From Candidatus Margulisiibacteriota bacterium (lineage in GTDB: Bacteria > Margulisbacteria > WOR-1 > O2-12-FULL-45-9), in contig JAYEOW010000029.1 in assembly GCA_034723395.1 (NCBI GenBank), positions 86,828 through 150,827 of the forward strand: DNA of 64,000 nt. Direction: 5' to 3'. Below the pieces are notes generated by a model that was not told the origin of the DNA, searched no databases, and saw only the letters and a list, made by a program, of their open reading frames with translations. Below, in pieces: positions 36,080 through 44,801 of the stretch; the stretch's first letter is position 1; every line of letters starts with the position of its first letter. The position numbers and the translations under genes are program-made.

Positions 36080-38470
36080 TTACTGTTTGATCACGAGGAT
36101 CTTACCTTTGGATATTAAGCTCTTGTTTTCCTCGTTAACGACTCTTAAGATATAGAGGCCATCGGCCACATGGTTACCGTTCATATCCTTTCCGTCCCAG
36201 GTTGTACTTACCTGATCGGAAGTTGTCTGGTGGTAGGCCAGGCGGGCGGTCGCATCGTAGATATAGATACCGATGACGGTTGCGTTAGTGTTGTAACCGA
36301 TAGTCGCGGTATTATGGGTCGGATCTGCAGATCGCGGATTGAACGGGTTTGGATAGATGGTTGCGTTCCCGGTCGAAGACGAACCTGAGGTCACCTTAAA
36401 GGCGGCCGGGTTCGATTCGTAAGCCTGGATAGTTCCCTGCGCGATCGCTAATCTGATTACTTTCAGCGTATAGTCGCCAGCCGGCGCCAGTCTTGGGACG
36501 ATCGCTTCGATCGAAGTATCGCTCCACGAAAGGACGTCGCACTGGTAACTGGTATGGGTAGTATTGTTTTCGAAGACCAGGACACTCTGGCCTTGAGAAT
36601 TGCCGAATCCGGAACCGATACCGGTGAACTTGGTCCCTGCCGGTCCGGCATTCGGTTCGATCTGGGTAATGACCACTTCACTTTCGCCGGTCGGAACAAC
36701 CGGTCCATCAGGGAAGTTTACAGTTCCCGCGTAGAAACTGTCGATATTCTGGTAGTTTGCGTTGGTCCCCTGCGACGGGTAGGAGAAACCGTAAGATACG
36801 ATTTGGCTCCAATCGAGGGTTCCCTGGACGTTTGCAGGATCGTCGGCATCCCAAACGAGGGATGATCCGGCAACCTGGATGGCGTGATAGCCAGCCTGGT
36901 TTAATGACATGTTAGAGACGCTCGCGGCGTAAACCACGTCGTTGGCATCTTTTAAGCTGAGCTTAATGACGTTAGACGATCCGTCCCAGTTTACATAGAA
37001 GGTAAGGGTGTCGCTCGCGTAAGCGCTCAGGTCCAATCTATTTGATACCGAAGCTCCCCATCCGCCTCCCCAATCACTGGTGTAAGAGTAGAGGATATTC
37101 ATCCCTCTTGACCCGTGAGAGGCTGCGGAGGCCTGCGGCCCGTCCGCGTTAATCGTGCTGTTATCCGGAGTTATTCCGGTCCCGTAGGTGTAGTATCCAG
37201 AGTCAGCCATCCCCTGGGCATAGCTGCCTACTGAACCGCCTTCGAAGTCATCGATGATAACTCCTCCGGCTGTAATAGTAATTGCTCCGTCGTCTGCCCC
37301 GATAACAACATTTCCAGAGGTTGCTCCGGATGGGACAGCGCAGGTGACAGAATTGTCGCTCCACGCGGTCGGGTTGGCAGTCGCGCCGCCGACGGTGATC
37401 GTTCCCGGATTTGCGCCAAAGCCTGATCCGGTGACGACGATAGTCTGGCCGACATAGGCATTGCTTGGTGTTACGGTAATTCCGCCGCCGCCGTTTTGGT
37501 TAACGGTAAAGGTTGCCGAACCTTGGGCGCCAGAAACTGTTATGGTTCTAGCGGTTAATGGAGCGGTTGCGTCGATAACAAAGTCGGCAGTTAGAGACGT
37601 TCCCGATCCACCCACGTTGCTAACAGTTATTCCGGTATCAGGGGCAACCGTTATAGTTTCGCCTCCGGTCCAAGTGGTGTTTGATCCGCTGATAGTTACA
37701 GGGACAGTAGCTCCCTGGTTTCCGCTGGTCGGGCTGATGCCGGTAACGGTAGGTTGAGCAGCAGTACCAATATTTATTGATAATGCTTGAGTATCGGTTT
37801 GTGCTCCAGAATCTGAACACTGAACAGTAAAGTTTGATGTTCCAGTTCCGGTCGGTGTTCCAGAGATCAATCCGCTAGAAGCATTTAAGCTTAATCCGGC
37901 CGGCAGAGATCCAGCAGAAATTGACCATGTATAAGGAGCTGTTCCGCCAGTTGCTGAAACGGAACGACTATAGGATACTCCCTGAGTTCCGCCAGCTAAG
38001 CTGGTGGTAGTAATGTTAAGCGTAGTAACTCCGTATTGAGTAGTGGTTGAGAAAGCTGGGGGATTGTATCCACTCGGCAGCATGATAAATCCTGTGCCGA
38101 CATTTTCTGGCGTACTTGTGCCATAATAGGCCCCGACGGGTGGAGTTCCGGTGCCATCCCAGTTTTCCCAGACGCGAATATAAACATAATTACCAGCGGT
38201 TATGTTTCTTATGCCCGAAAAACCGCCGCTAATTGTAACTCCGACTGGTGGTTCAATAACAGTATCTCCTTGTGGAAGTCCGTTTGCGTCTGGTGCTCCA
38301 GCGTTTGCGTCAGCAGAGTCAATAACTTGTACATATGCCCCGGGTGCAATTGGCGTTCCAGAGTGGTTTGTTACATCGGTGGCAGTTACTGTAACAGAAG
38401 TCGCAAATGCCGCGCTTGCACAAAGGACCAACCCGACTGCAATCAATATTTTTGAGAATCTTTTTAACAT
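36080..38470 (-). CDS. Secreted multi-Ig protein (putative Ig, IPT/TIG, CBM11-like) with FlgD-Ig/T9SS-CTD-like C-terminus
   Basis: Sec signal; GGTAPYTWSISAGSLPAGLSL; IDDFEG..WGGGWG; C-terminal IYPNPFNP...IYDATARL...WDGKDMNG..VADGLYILRV...KGKILVIKQ. Confidence 0.8.
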   Translation of the reverse strand: MLKRFSKILIAVGLVLCASAAFATSVTVTATDVTNHSGTPIAPGAYVQVIDSADANAGAPDANGLPQGDTVIEPPVGVTISGGFSGIRNITAGNYVYIRVWENWDGTGTPPVGAYYGTSTPENVGTGFIMLPSGYNPPAFSTTTQYGVTTLNITTTSLAGGTQGVSYSRSVSATGGTAPYTWSISAGSLPAGLSLNASSGLISGTPTGTGTSNFTVQCSDSGAQTDTQALSINIGTAAQPTVTGISPTSGNQGATVPVTISGSNTTWTGGETITVAPDTGITVSNVGGSGTSLTADFVIDATAPLTARTITVSGAQGSATFTVNQNGGGGITVTPSNAYVGQTIVVTGSGFGANPGTITVGGATANPTAWSDNSVTCAVPSGATSGNVVIGADDGAITITAGGVIIDDFEGGSVGSYAQGMADSGYYTYGTGITPDNSTINADGPQASAASHGSRGMNILYSYTSDWGGGWGASVSNRLDLSAYASDTLTFYVNWDGSSNVIKLSLKDANDVVYAASVSNMSLNQAGYHAIQVAGSSLVWDADDPANVQGTLDWSQIVSYGFSYPSQGTNANYQNIDSFYAGTVNFPDGPVVPTGESEVVITQIEPNAGPAGTKFTGIGSGFGNSQGQSVLVFENNTTHTSYQCDVLSWSDTSIEAIVPRLAPAGDYTLKVIRLAIAQGTIQAYESNPAAFKVTSGSSSTGNATIYPNPFNPRSADPTHNTATIGYNTNATVIGIYIYDATARLAYHQTTSDQVSTTWDGKDMNGNHVADGLYILRVVNEENKSLISKGKILVIKQ

Positions 38471-38486
38471 TTCTATTTCCTCCCTT

Positions 38487-41400
38487 TTAGTATGGTCTTA
38501 CCATGTTCCAATTGATTGAGCTCTGAACAGGTTCGGTTAGCATGTAACCTTTACCTGGGATCAACTGTAATGTCGTTGGAGCAGCCAATGTTCCATCTAA
38601 CCATGTTGCTGATTCGGTATGGACAGCGACGCCATCTACGCCGCCAATTGTGTCGGCGTTTGCGTCGAAATGATAAGCCATAGCTGCGACTGTCGGACTT
38701 GGGGCATAGGATGAGGCATTTAATCCAGCATTAACAATATCAACTGGTATTGGATAAGGGTTAGCCATCCAGTTGGCAGGCATGGAGGCCCCGCCATCTA
38801 AGGTGCGGTCGTAATCGGCTTCTCGGACCATACCTACAAGAGTGATAAATCTACTGGTCATCGTGAAATAACCATAGGTGTAACCAATTTCAATATCGGT
38901 AATTGGGCCTGTGGCGCCAGGATAAGTATCCCAAACACCACCAGAAAAGATCGATCCTTCGGTTACGTTTTTGCCGATGTCGAAAGACATGATCATATCC
39001 GTATCCGCGGCCTGATTTCCTATTACGTTTTCAAGCGTGGTATCACTTAGCTCTAAAGGACTTGAGATGAAAAATCTTTCAATTTCGGTCCCAACCGCAA
39101 TATCAAACTTCCCGGCCACATTGGTCTCCAGGTCGCTATCTTGCAGTGTATTTCCGGTAGGTATAATTTTGTAGTATTCTGCGGTTCCTTGTCCAACCTG
39201 GTTTTGGATCGTTATGGAGCCAATTGTAACATTGGCCTGTTCCAAAGTCCAATCCGCGGCGGCAGTCGTAAAATACGAAGTATAGTTGCCATCCGTGTCG
39301 GTAGGGCAGGTCAATTTATAAACATCCACGCCGAGTCCCGGAGGGATCGTGTCCCAGGTAATAGTTATTCCAGAACCTGGATCATCGCCATCGCGGGTGA
39401 TCTCGATATTTACGATCGGATCTCCGGCAGTAGAGCCGGTTTCAAAAGTAAACGGATTTGGCTGGGTGCCGGGGATCAAGGCGTGTCCGTTAGCCCCGTC
39501 TGCCGCAGTCACGTCAAATTCATATAAAGTATCGATAGCAAAAGGAGTATCGTGGACCAGCGTTACCTGGGTAGGTGAATTCCACTCGGCAGCTCTCCAT
39601 CCTGTTGGATCCGGATTGATCGAATAGGTAAAGGTTGCCGGGTTAATATCCTGGTTAAAGGTGATAATAACTTCCTGGTTTAAGGTTACATCGGTTGAAG
39701 ATTCAACCGGAGTAGTATTAATTATGTATGGAGCTAACTTGCTGGGATCGGTTGACGCCGTAAAAGTAAACTGGGTTGTGCCAGTTAAAGTTTCTGCCAG
39801 GGTGCTTTGCGCGCCGACATCAAATGTATATTCTGTGCCGACAGTGAATAGTTCACCGGCGTGAGGCAGGCTTGCCCGCGTATTCCCTTCGGTCCAGATA
39901 ATGCCGTCAAAGTTCACGTTTGGCGTAATGTTCATGCTGAATGTGCTGGTGTCGACCGCGCGGTTGAACTTGATCGTGACCGGCGCGTTTAACGCGACAT
40001 CCGTTTCGTTATTAGTCGGATAAGTCTCGGTGACCTGGAACTCTCCGCCGCCGGTGTTAATTACAAAGTCGGCAGGCCCGGTCCCCCCATTTCCGAGGCC
40101 GTCACCACCATAAGGGGTGGTAGGGACCATAAGGTTCCCATCATCGGCTACGGCCATCCATTCGTATGCGCCGTCCGCTAGTCCGTCAAAAGTGATCCTT
40201 ACCGTGGTCCCTGAAGGGACGGGATCGATAGAAATTCTGGTCGGGGGGTCCATCGTCTCCGCTATCCGGTATCCGGCGCTTGGAATAATTTCGTCTCCAT
40301 CCGGATCGATAACTGTGAACTCGACGATTACCGTATTATTATCTGTCTCTTCCCCTTTTTGGAGCACAGTTGTCCCGTCATGCGCGTACTGCACCAGGTT
40401 TGTCGGATTATTGGGATATTGATTTCCGGCATAGATACTATAATCTTCAAAATTCCCGTCCGGGCTGTTGCTTAATCCCGCGTATTCCCCATTGTTGTCA
40501 ACAGAGAGCCCGTCGGCCTTAATGGCGCTGGTTATCTCGGTCCCTGCTCCAGGGATACTGGAGGTATTGATCCTGTATATTTTAGTGGTGTTTTCGCCGG
40601 CATCCTGCGCCTTTTTGAATACCACTTTGCTGCCGTCCCGGGTAACGTCAAAGGCATTCCATCCGTACGACCCGGAGACATCACAGGTGACATTTCCGAC
40701 CAATGATTCGTCGGATGTGTTGTAAGCCTTCACGACAACATCATCGTAACCGTTGACCGCGGCATAGAGCCGGTCGTTGCTGAACTTAAGATAAGTAGGG
40801 TAGGTAAGATCGGTGTTAATGACCTTCTCGTAAACCACAGTGTCGTTTACGTCTCCGTAGGTAAAGACGTAGATCTCTCCAGCCGAAACTTTACGGGAAA
40901 GATATACCTTGTACGAAGTGGCGCTGGTCGAAGTGACCGCGATATCATAAAGATTGGTCTTTCCAGCGAGATTAGTGATAACCGCTTTAACATAGGTGTC
41001 GTTTAAGGTATCGAAGATAAGCATTCTGCCGATACCCTGATCAGCGACAAAGAGGCGGTTGTTGCCGCCAACAGCCATTCCGGCAGGAGAAGATGCGGAC
41101 GCCCAATAGGCGCCGGTCATCTCATTGACGGTCCCGGTAGGAATACCGGTAGAAGGGGTTAACCCATGAGCCTGGACGGCAGAGTTTTTACCGTTGCTGA
41201 TGCTTATATATAATGTATCCCCGTTTGGTGAAACGGCGAGCCCGTAACATTTGGAACCGGCCGGAAGTGGGATCGTGCCCGCGACAGTACCTTTCCATTC
41301 GTAAGGAATGGTCGCGGATTTCGCGTATATTTTAATTTGCGGGACTGAGTTGTCGACGATATAAAGCGTATCGGAGATCGGGTTGATCGCGCTTTTGGCG

Positions 41401-41495
41401 GGGGTAACCGCGGTAATTGCGTGAGCTGAAGCGCTAAGGCCGATCAGCAGGGCCGTTAAAAAGAGCAGATATTTAAAATACTTTTTTATCTTCAT
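38487..41495 (-). CDS. Secreted beta-propeller plus Big_5-type Ig-domain protein (1002 aa)
   Basis: Sec signal; GLAVSPNGDTLYI and PAGMAVGGNNRLFVAD blades; two TYP.....DV.LN..V.I.FN Ig repeats. Confidence 0.75.
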   Translation of the reverse strand: MKIKKYFKYLLFLTALLIGLSASAHAITAVTPAKSAINPISDTLYIVDNSVPQIKIYAKSATIPYEWKGTVAGTIPLPAGSKCYGLAVSPNGDTLYISISNGKNSAVQAHGLTPSTGIPTGTVNEMTGAYWASASSPAGMAVGGNNRLFVADQGIGRMLIFDTLNDTYVKAVITNLAGKTNLYDIAVTSTSATSYKVYLSRKVSAGEIYVFTYGDVNDTVVYEKVINTDLTYPTYLKFSNDRLYAAVNGYDDVVVKAYNTSDESLVGNVTCDVSGSYGWNAFDVTRDGSKVVFKKAQDAGENTTKIYRINTSSIPGAGTEITSAIKADGLSVDNNGEYAGLSNSPDGNFEDYSIYAGNQYPNNPTNLVQYAHDGTTVLQKGEETDNNTVIVEFTVIDPDGDEIIPSAGYRIAETMDPPTRISIDPVPSGTTVRITFDGLADGAYEWMAVADDGNLMVPTTPYGGDGLGNGGTGPADFVINTGGGEFQVTETYPTNNETDVALNAPVTIKFNRAVDTSTFSMNITPNVNFDGIIWTEGNTRASLPHAGELFTVGTEYTFDVGAQSTLAETLTGTTQFTFTASTDPSKLAPYIINTTPVESSTDVTLNQEVIITFNQDINPATFTYSINPDPTGWRAAEWNSPTQVTLVHDTPFAIDTLYEFDVTAADGANGHALIPGTQPNPFTFETGSTAGDPIVNIEITRDGDDPGSGITITWDTIPPGLGVDVYKLTCPTDTDGNYTSYFTTAAADWTLEQANVTIGSITIQNQVGQGTAEYYKIIPTGNTLQDSDLETNVAGKFDIAVGTEIERFFISSPLELSDTTLENVIGNQAADTDMIMSFDIGKNVTEGSIFSGGVWDTYPGATGPITDIEIGYTYGYFTMTSRFITLVGMVREADYDRTLDGGASMPANWMANPYPIPVDIVNAGLNASSYAPSPTVAAMAYHFDANADTIGGVDGVAVHTESATWLDGTLAAPTTLQLIPGKGYMLTEPVQSSINWNMVRPY

Positions 41496-41498
41496 CGA

Positions 41499-42536
41499 TT
41501 ATTCCCCCTGCGACAGATTGAGCGTGACCGACACCGGCGCGTAATAGGTGGCGTCGACCGCTGATCTGGCGTCGATATAAACTTTGTAGCCGAACTCGAC
41601 ACCGGTCTCTCCGGTTTCGTTGCATACCGGAGGGATGTCAATGACATACGGAGCCATATTGCTCGCGTCTTCGGTGCAAACCGTGCCGATTCTTTGAGAA
41701 TTCGAAGGGTCAAAACCTGGGTTGAGTAAGTCTTCCGGGCTGAAGTACCGGTTATCTTCGAAGTGTGTGGGTTCTCCATCAGCATAACATATCAGGTAGT
41801 AATATGCCAGGTATAGGGGGAGCCGGTTGTTGGCGTCATCCGGGCAAGACCAAAGCTTATCGTATTCCGGGGTTTCGCATCCCGAAATTCCCCAGAGCTC
41901 ACGGTTTTCATACTCTTCGGCGGTTAACATGCCGAGATTGATCAAACCGTCAAAACAACCCATCACGATGTCAGGGCTGTCGATGATCCCGTTGCCGTCC
42001 CAGTCGATCTGGATAGCGAGCGGGTTGCTAGCGACCCTGATCTCGAGGTCAACACTTTGCAGGCCGGAGCCGACTAGACGGCCGGACCTTACTGCAAGTA
42101 ATCCAGTTCCCTGGATAAGATCGGTTCCTGAACTTTCGATATGATCGACAAAACCGCTCCCGATAAATAAGTTGCCGCCATCATCGGTCGGGTGGGGGAT
42201 CGATCCATCCATGACACCGCCGTCGCTGGGGTCCATTACATGTCCGTCGCCAATATGGTCGACAATGTTGTCCCCTGACGCTCCGCCGCATCCCACGGCG
42301 CTGATCTCAGATTTGCTGGACCATATATCACTGACCCAGTTGATCGCTCTTTTGTAAAAGGGCTCTTCAGCCTTAAGTTTAAACGCGATAGAAGGCAGAT
42401 CAATATTGGCGGCTGGTTTCGGCTCTGCGGCCGGCTCGTTTGCGATACACATTCCTTCGTCAGCGCTGTACTGCCCGACGACATCTCCGCTCCTTTTGCT
42501 CACCACATTGTAATTCATTGATAGATCGAAACTCAT
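41499..42536 (-). CDS. Orphan acidic protein with AVGCG-type N-terminal leader (345 aa)
   Basis: ORF with GGAGG SD and motif copy 7; first ~85 aa similar to 47932-49533. Confidence 0.7.
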   Translation of the reverse strand: MSFDLSMNYNVVSKRSGDVVGQYSADEGMCIANEPAAEPKPAANIDLPSIAFKLKAEEPFYKRAINWVSDIWSSKSEISAVGCGGASGDNIVDHIGDGHVMDPSDGGVMDGSIPHPTDDGGNLFIGSGFVDHIESSGTDLIQGTGLLAVRSGRLVGSGLQSVDLEIRVASNPLAIQIDWDGNGIIDSPDIVMGCFDGLINLGMLTAEEYENRELWGISGCETPEYDKLWSCPDDANNRLPLYLAYYYLICYADGEPTHFEDNRYFSPEDLLNPGFDPSNSQRIGTVCTEDASNMAPYVIDIPPVCNETGETGVEFGYKVYIDARSAVDATYYAPVSVTLNLSQGE

Positions 42537-42583
42537 TTTGTTTCCTCCTTAATTAGGCCGTATGGCCGTTCTTACCTAATGTA

Positions 42584-42611
42584 TTATCGATACCTTTTGG
42601 CAATAATTTCA
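42584..42611 (-). promoter_or_regulatory. Sigma-28-like promoter motif, copy 7
   Basis: TGAAATTA-ttgccaaaaggta-TCGATAA. Confidence 0.72.
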
Positions 42612-42629
42612 CTTTTCGGGCAAATCGTA

Positions 42630-44801
42630 TCAGGTCTTTTTTCCGGCATTCGGGTTTAATGTGTTTATGTCATTTACTCCCAGGTAATCGAGTATATCTT
42701 TTGCCCCTTTTGCAAGCCTTAGCGCCGTTTGCTGCATATCCCAGGCTGTTTGCCCGAGCCGCGCGTCGATCTTATCGGCATTAGCGATTATTTTTTCCGC
42801 TTGTGCTGAAACTTTTTCGGTCTCCAAAGATAACATCCGCATACCGTCTTTAACGCTGCCGGGTTTGCTGGCCGGATCGATATCCTGAAGAATGGTTGCC
42901 ATGTCTGTAAAAATTCGCTTTTTTTCTGCCTCGTATTTGGAGCTAAGCGATGCACGGCTGCTGTCTAATAATCTTTGGGTTATTCCCAATCGTTTTTCTT
43001 TCATGGTTATGAGTCGGGAATTTTTGTCTGGATCGGAGCTCAGTTCAGCGATCTCTTTTTTAAGGCTGTCCACGGTTTGCCCTAGTTCCGGTATGTTTTC
43101 GTCTTTGGCTAAAGCATTTTTATACCATTTATCTAACTGGTCAAGCTGGAATTTAAAAGACATCCTTGCGCCTTCGATGGTCTCTTTTAGGGCGTCGGTT
43201 TCGGAGGCAAGGTTACCAAGGGCATGGGCTCGGGCCATAAGGTCCCGGTTTTTTGCCCTGAGCGCATCAGCAGTTTTGCCTTCGGCGGCTTCTTTTGCGG
43301 CAGTTGCCTGACCAAGATCATGTTCGGCGACCTGCAGAGCGGTTTTGAGGTCGACGACTTGATTGCGGGCAATTTTTAGTTTCGCTTCCAGCGAAGCGGT
43401 CGCCTCTCTAATAGCCGCCTGCGTATCTACTATTTTTGCCGCTTCGTTTATTGCTCCTGACGGAAACGTCTTTGTCGCGCTCGATCCTGTTTCTACCTTG
43501 ATACCCATTTCATCGACTCCATGAATCTTTTCCTTTTCGAAAAGGAAAAGGGTAATATTATCTTTTGAGGTTAAAACTGCTTTATTCATTAATTCTCGCG
43601 CGGTTTCGGCGACCGGCGATAATTTATTTTCGGTCAATATTTCTTTTATCCTTTTAAACGTCATTTCCTGCAGGCCGTCAGAAAGGACCAGGAAACGGTC
43701 CCCTTCCTTGATTGCCACTTCTGTGACAGTGATATCAATTTCATCCTTTCCCAGGGATTGAAGAATAACGTTAGCCCTGAGGTTGTTTTTTCCGGCATCG
43801 AGCTTTTTAAGATAATCCTCTCCGTATGGGGCTCTTGTATCTTTTTCTCCGCTCTTTTCCTCTACTTCGAGGCGTGCTAATCCTCCTATTACTGAATCGG
43901 GGGCGGTCAGGAGCTCCAATTCCCCGCCATATTTCGAACGAACGATCAAGCTGTCCCCGATATGCGCGACGCGGGCGCTCTTTTCGCCGATCTCAAGGAT
44001 CGCCAATGTGGTATCGGGACAATGTGCTTCATGCGGAGCATAGCCGTACTCAGTTTTATATGAGGTTTTAAAATCAGAAATGTATTTTCTTAGTCCTTTG
44101 CTGGCGGCATCGACAATATTGGGCAGATCTAATCCATTTTCGATCGCGAGCATGGCCGCGGAAAGGGCGATATCCGAAGCGACCTCTCCATTTGCCGCTC
44201 CGCCCACGCCGTCGGCGACCAGGAGATATTTTTTTCCGTTCGCTTCAACATAAGCCATTCCATCCTGATTATTTTTCCTTCCGCCTACATTAGTGATGCC
44301 GTATATTCCTTTGTCCGATAGGTCTATCTCTCCGTTTTTTATGCCGCCGGAGCGGATGTCACAGTTGGGAAGGCGGGCATATAGTTCACCTATCAGTTCC
44401 TCTATTGCCTTATCTTCATGTCCGATCCAGTTTCGGGCGGCCACAAAGATATGCACGGGTTGCTCATAACTCTCCTGCGCAAGCAATGCCCTTAGGGCTT
44501 TTTTGGTGCTTTCCGGATTACCGTTTTCAAGTACCTTTATTTGCGCTTCTTCGGGGCGGGGAGGGGGAATGTTCGCAGGTTTTTCCGCGGGCAGCTTCAT
44601 TAATGCTAATGTGAGTTGTCCTTGTAATGCAAGGGCCTCCATTTTTATTTTCCCGTCAACTTGCGCCTGTCCCAATGCGATCGGCTGGATAACATTTTGT
44701 AGAAGTTTTGCGAGAGGGCCCCTCCACCTTGCTTGTGGTATTGTTTTTTTCCTGATGTTGCGCAAGTGGGCTAAAGTTATTTTTCCAAAATTAACAGGCA
44801 T
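42630..44801 (-). CDS. PP2C-family Ser/Thr phosphatase with long C-terminal coiled coil
   Basis: GGRKNNQDG, LVADGVGG, AHIGDS, LSDGL, KDNIT motifs; heptad-rich C-terminal ~270 aa. Confidence 0.85.
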   Translation of the reverse strand: MPVNFGKITLAHLRNIRKKTIPQARWRGPLAKLLQNVIQPIALGQAQVDGKIKMEALALQGQLTLALMKLPAEKPANIPPPRPEEAQIKVLENGNPESTKKALRALLAQESYEQPVHIFVAARNWIGHEDKAIEELIGELYARLPNCDIRSGGIKNGEIDLSDKGIYGITNVGGRKNNQDGMAYVEANGKKYLLVADGVGGAANGEVASDIALSAAMLAIENGLDLPNIVDAASKGLRKYISDFKTSYKTEYGYAPHEAHCPDTTLAILEIGEKSARVAHIGDSLIVRSKYGGELELLTAPDSVIGGLARLEVEEKSGEKDTRAPYGEDYLKKLDAGKNNLRANVILQSLGKDEIDITVTEVAIKEGDRFLVLSDGLQEMTFKRIKEILTENKLSPVAETARELMNKAVLTSKDNITLFLFEKEKIHGVDEMGIKVETGSSATKTFPSGAINEAAKIVDTQAAIREATASLEAKLKIARNQVVDLKTALQVAEHDLGQATAAKEAAEGKTADALRAKNRDLMARAHALGNLASETDALKETIEGARMSFKFQLDQLDKWYKNALAKDENIPELGQTVDSLKKEIAELSSDPDKNSRLITMKEKRLGITQRLLDSSRASLSSKYEAEKKRIFTDMATILQDIDPASKPGSVKDGMRMLSLETEKVSAQAEKIIANADKIDARLGQTAWDMQQTALRLAKGAKDILDYLGVNDINTLNPNAGKKT

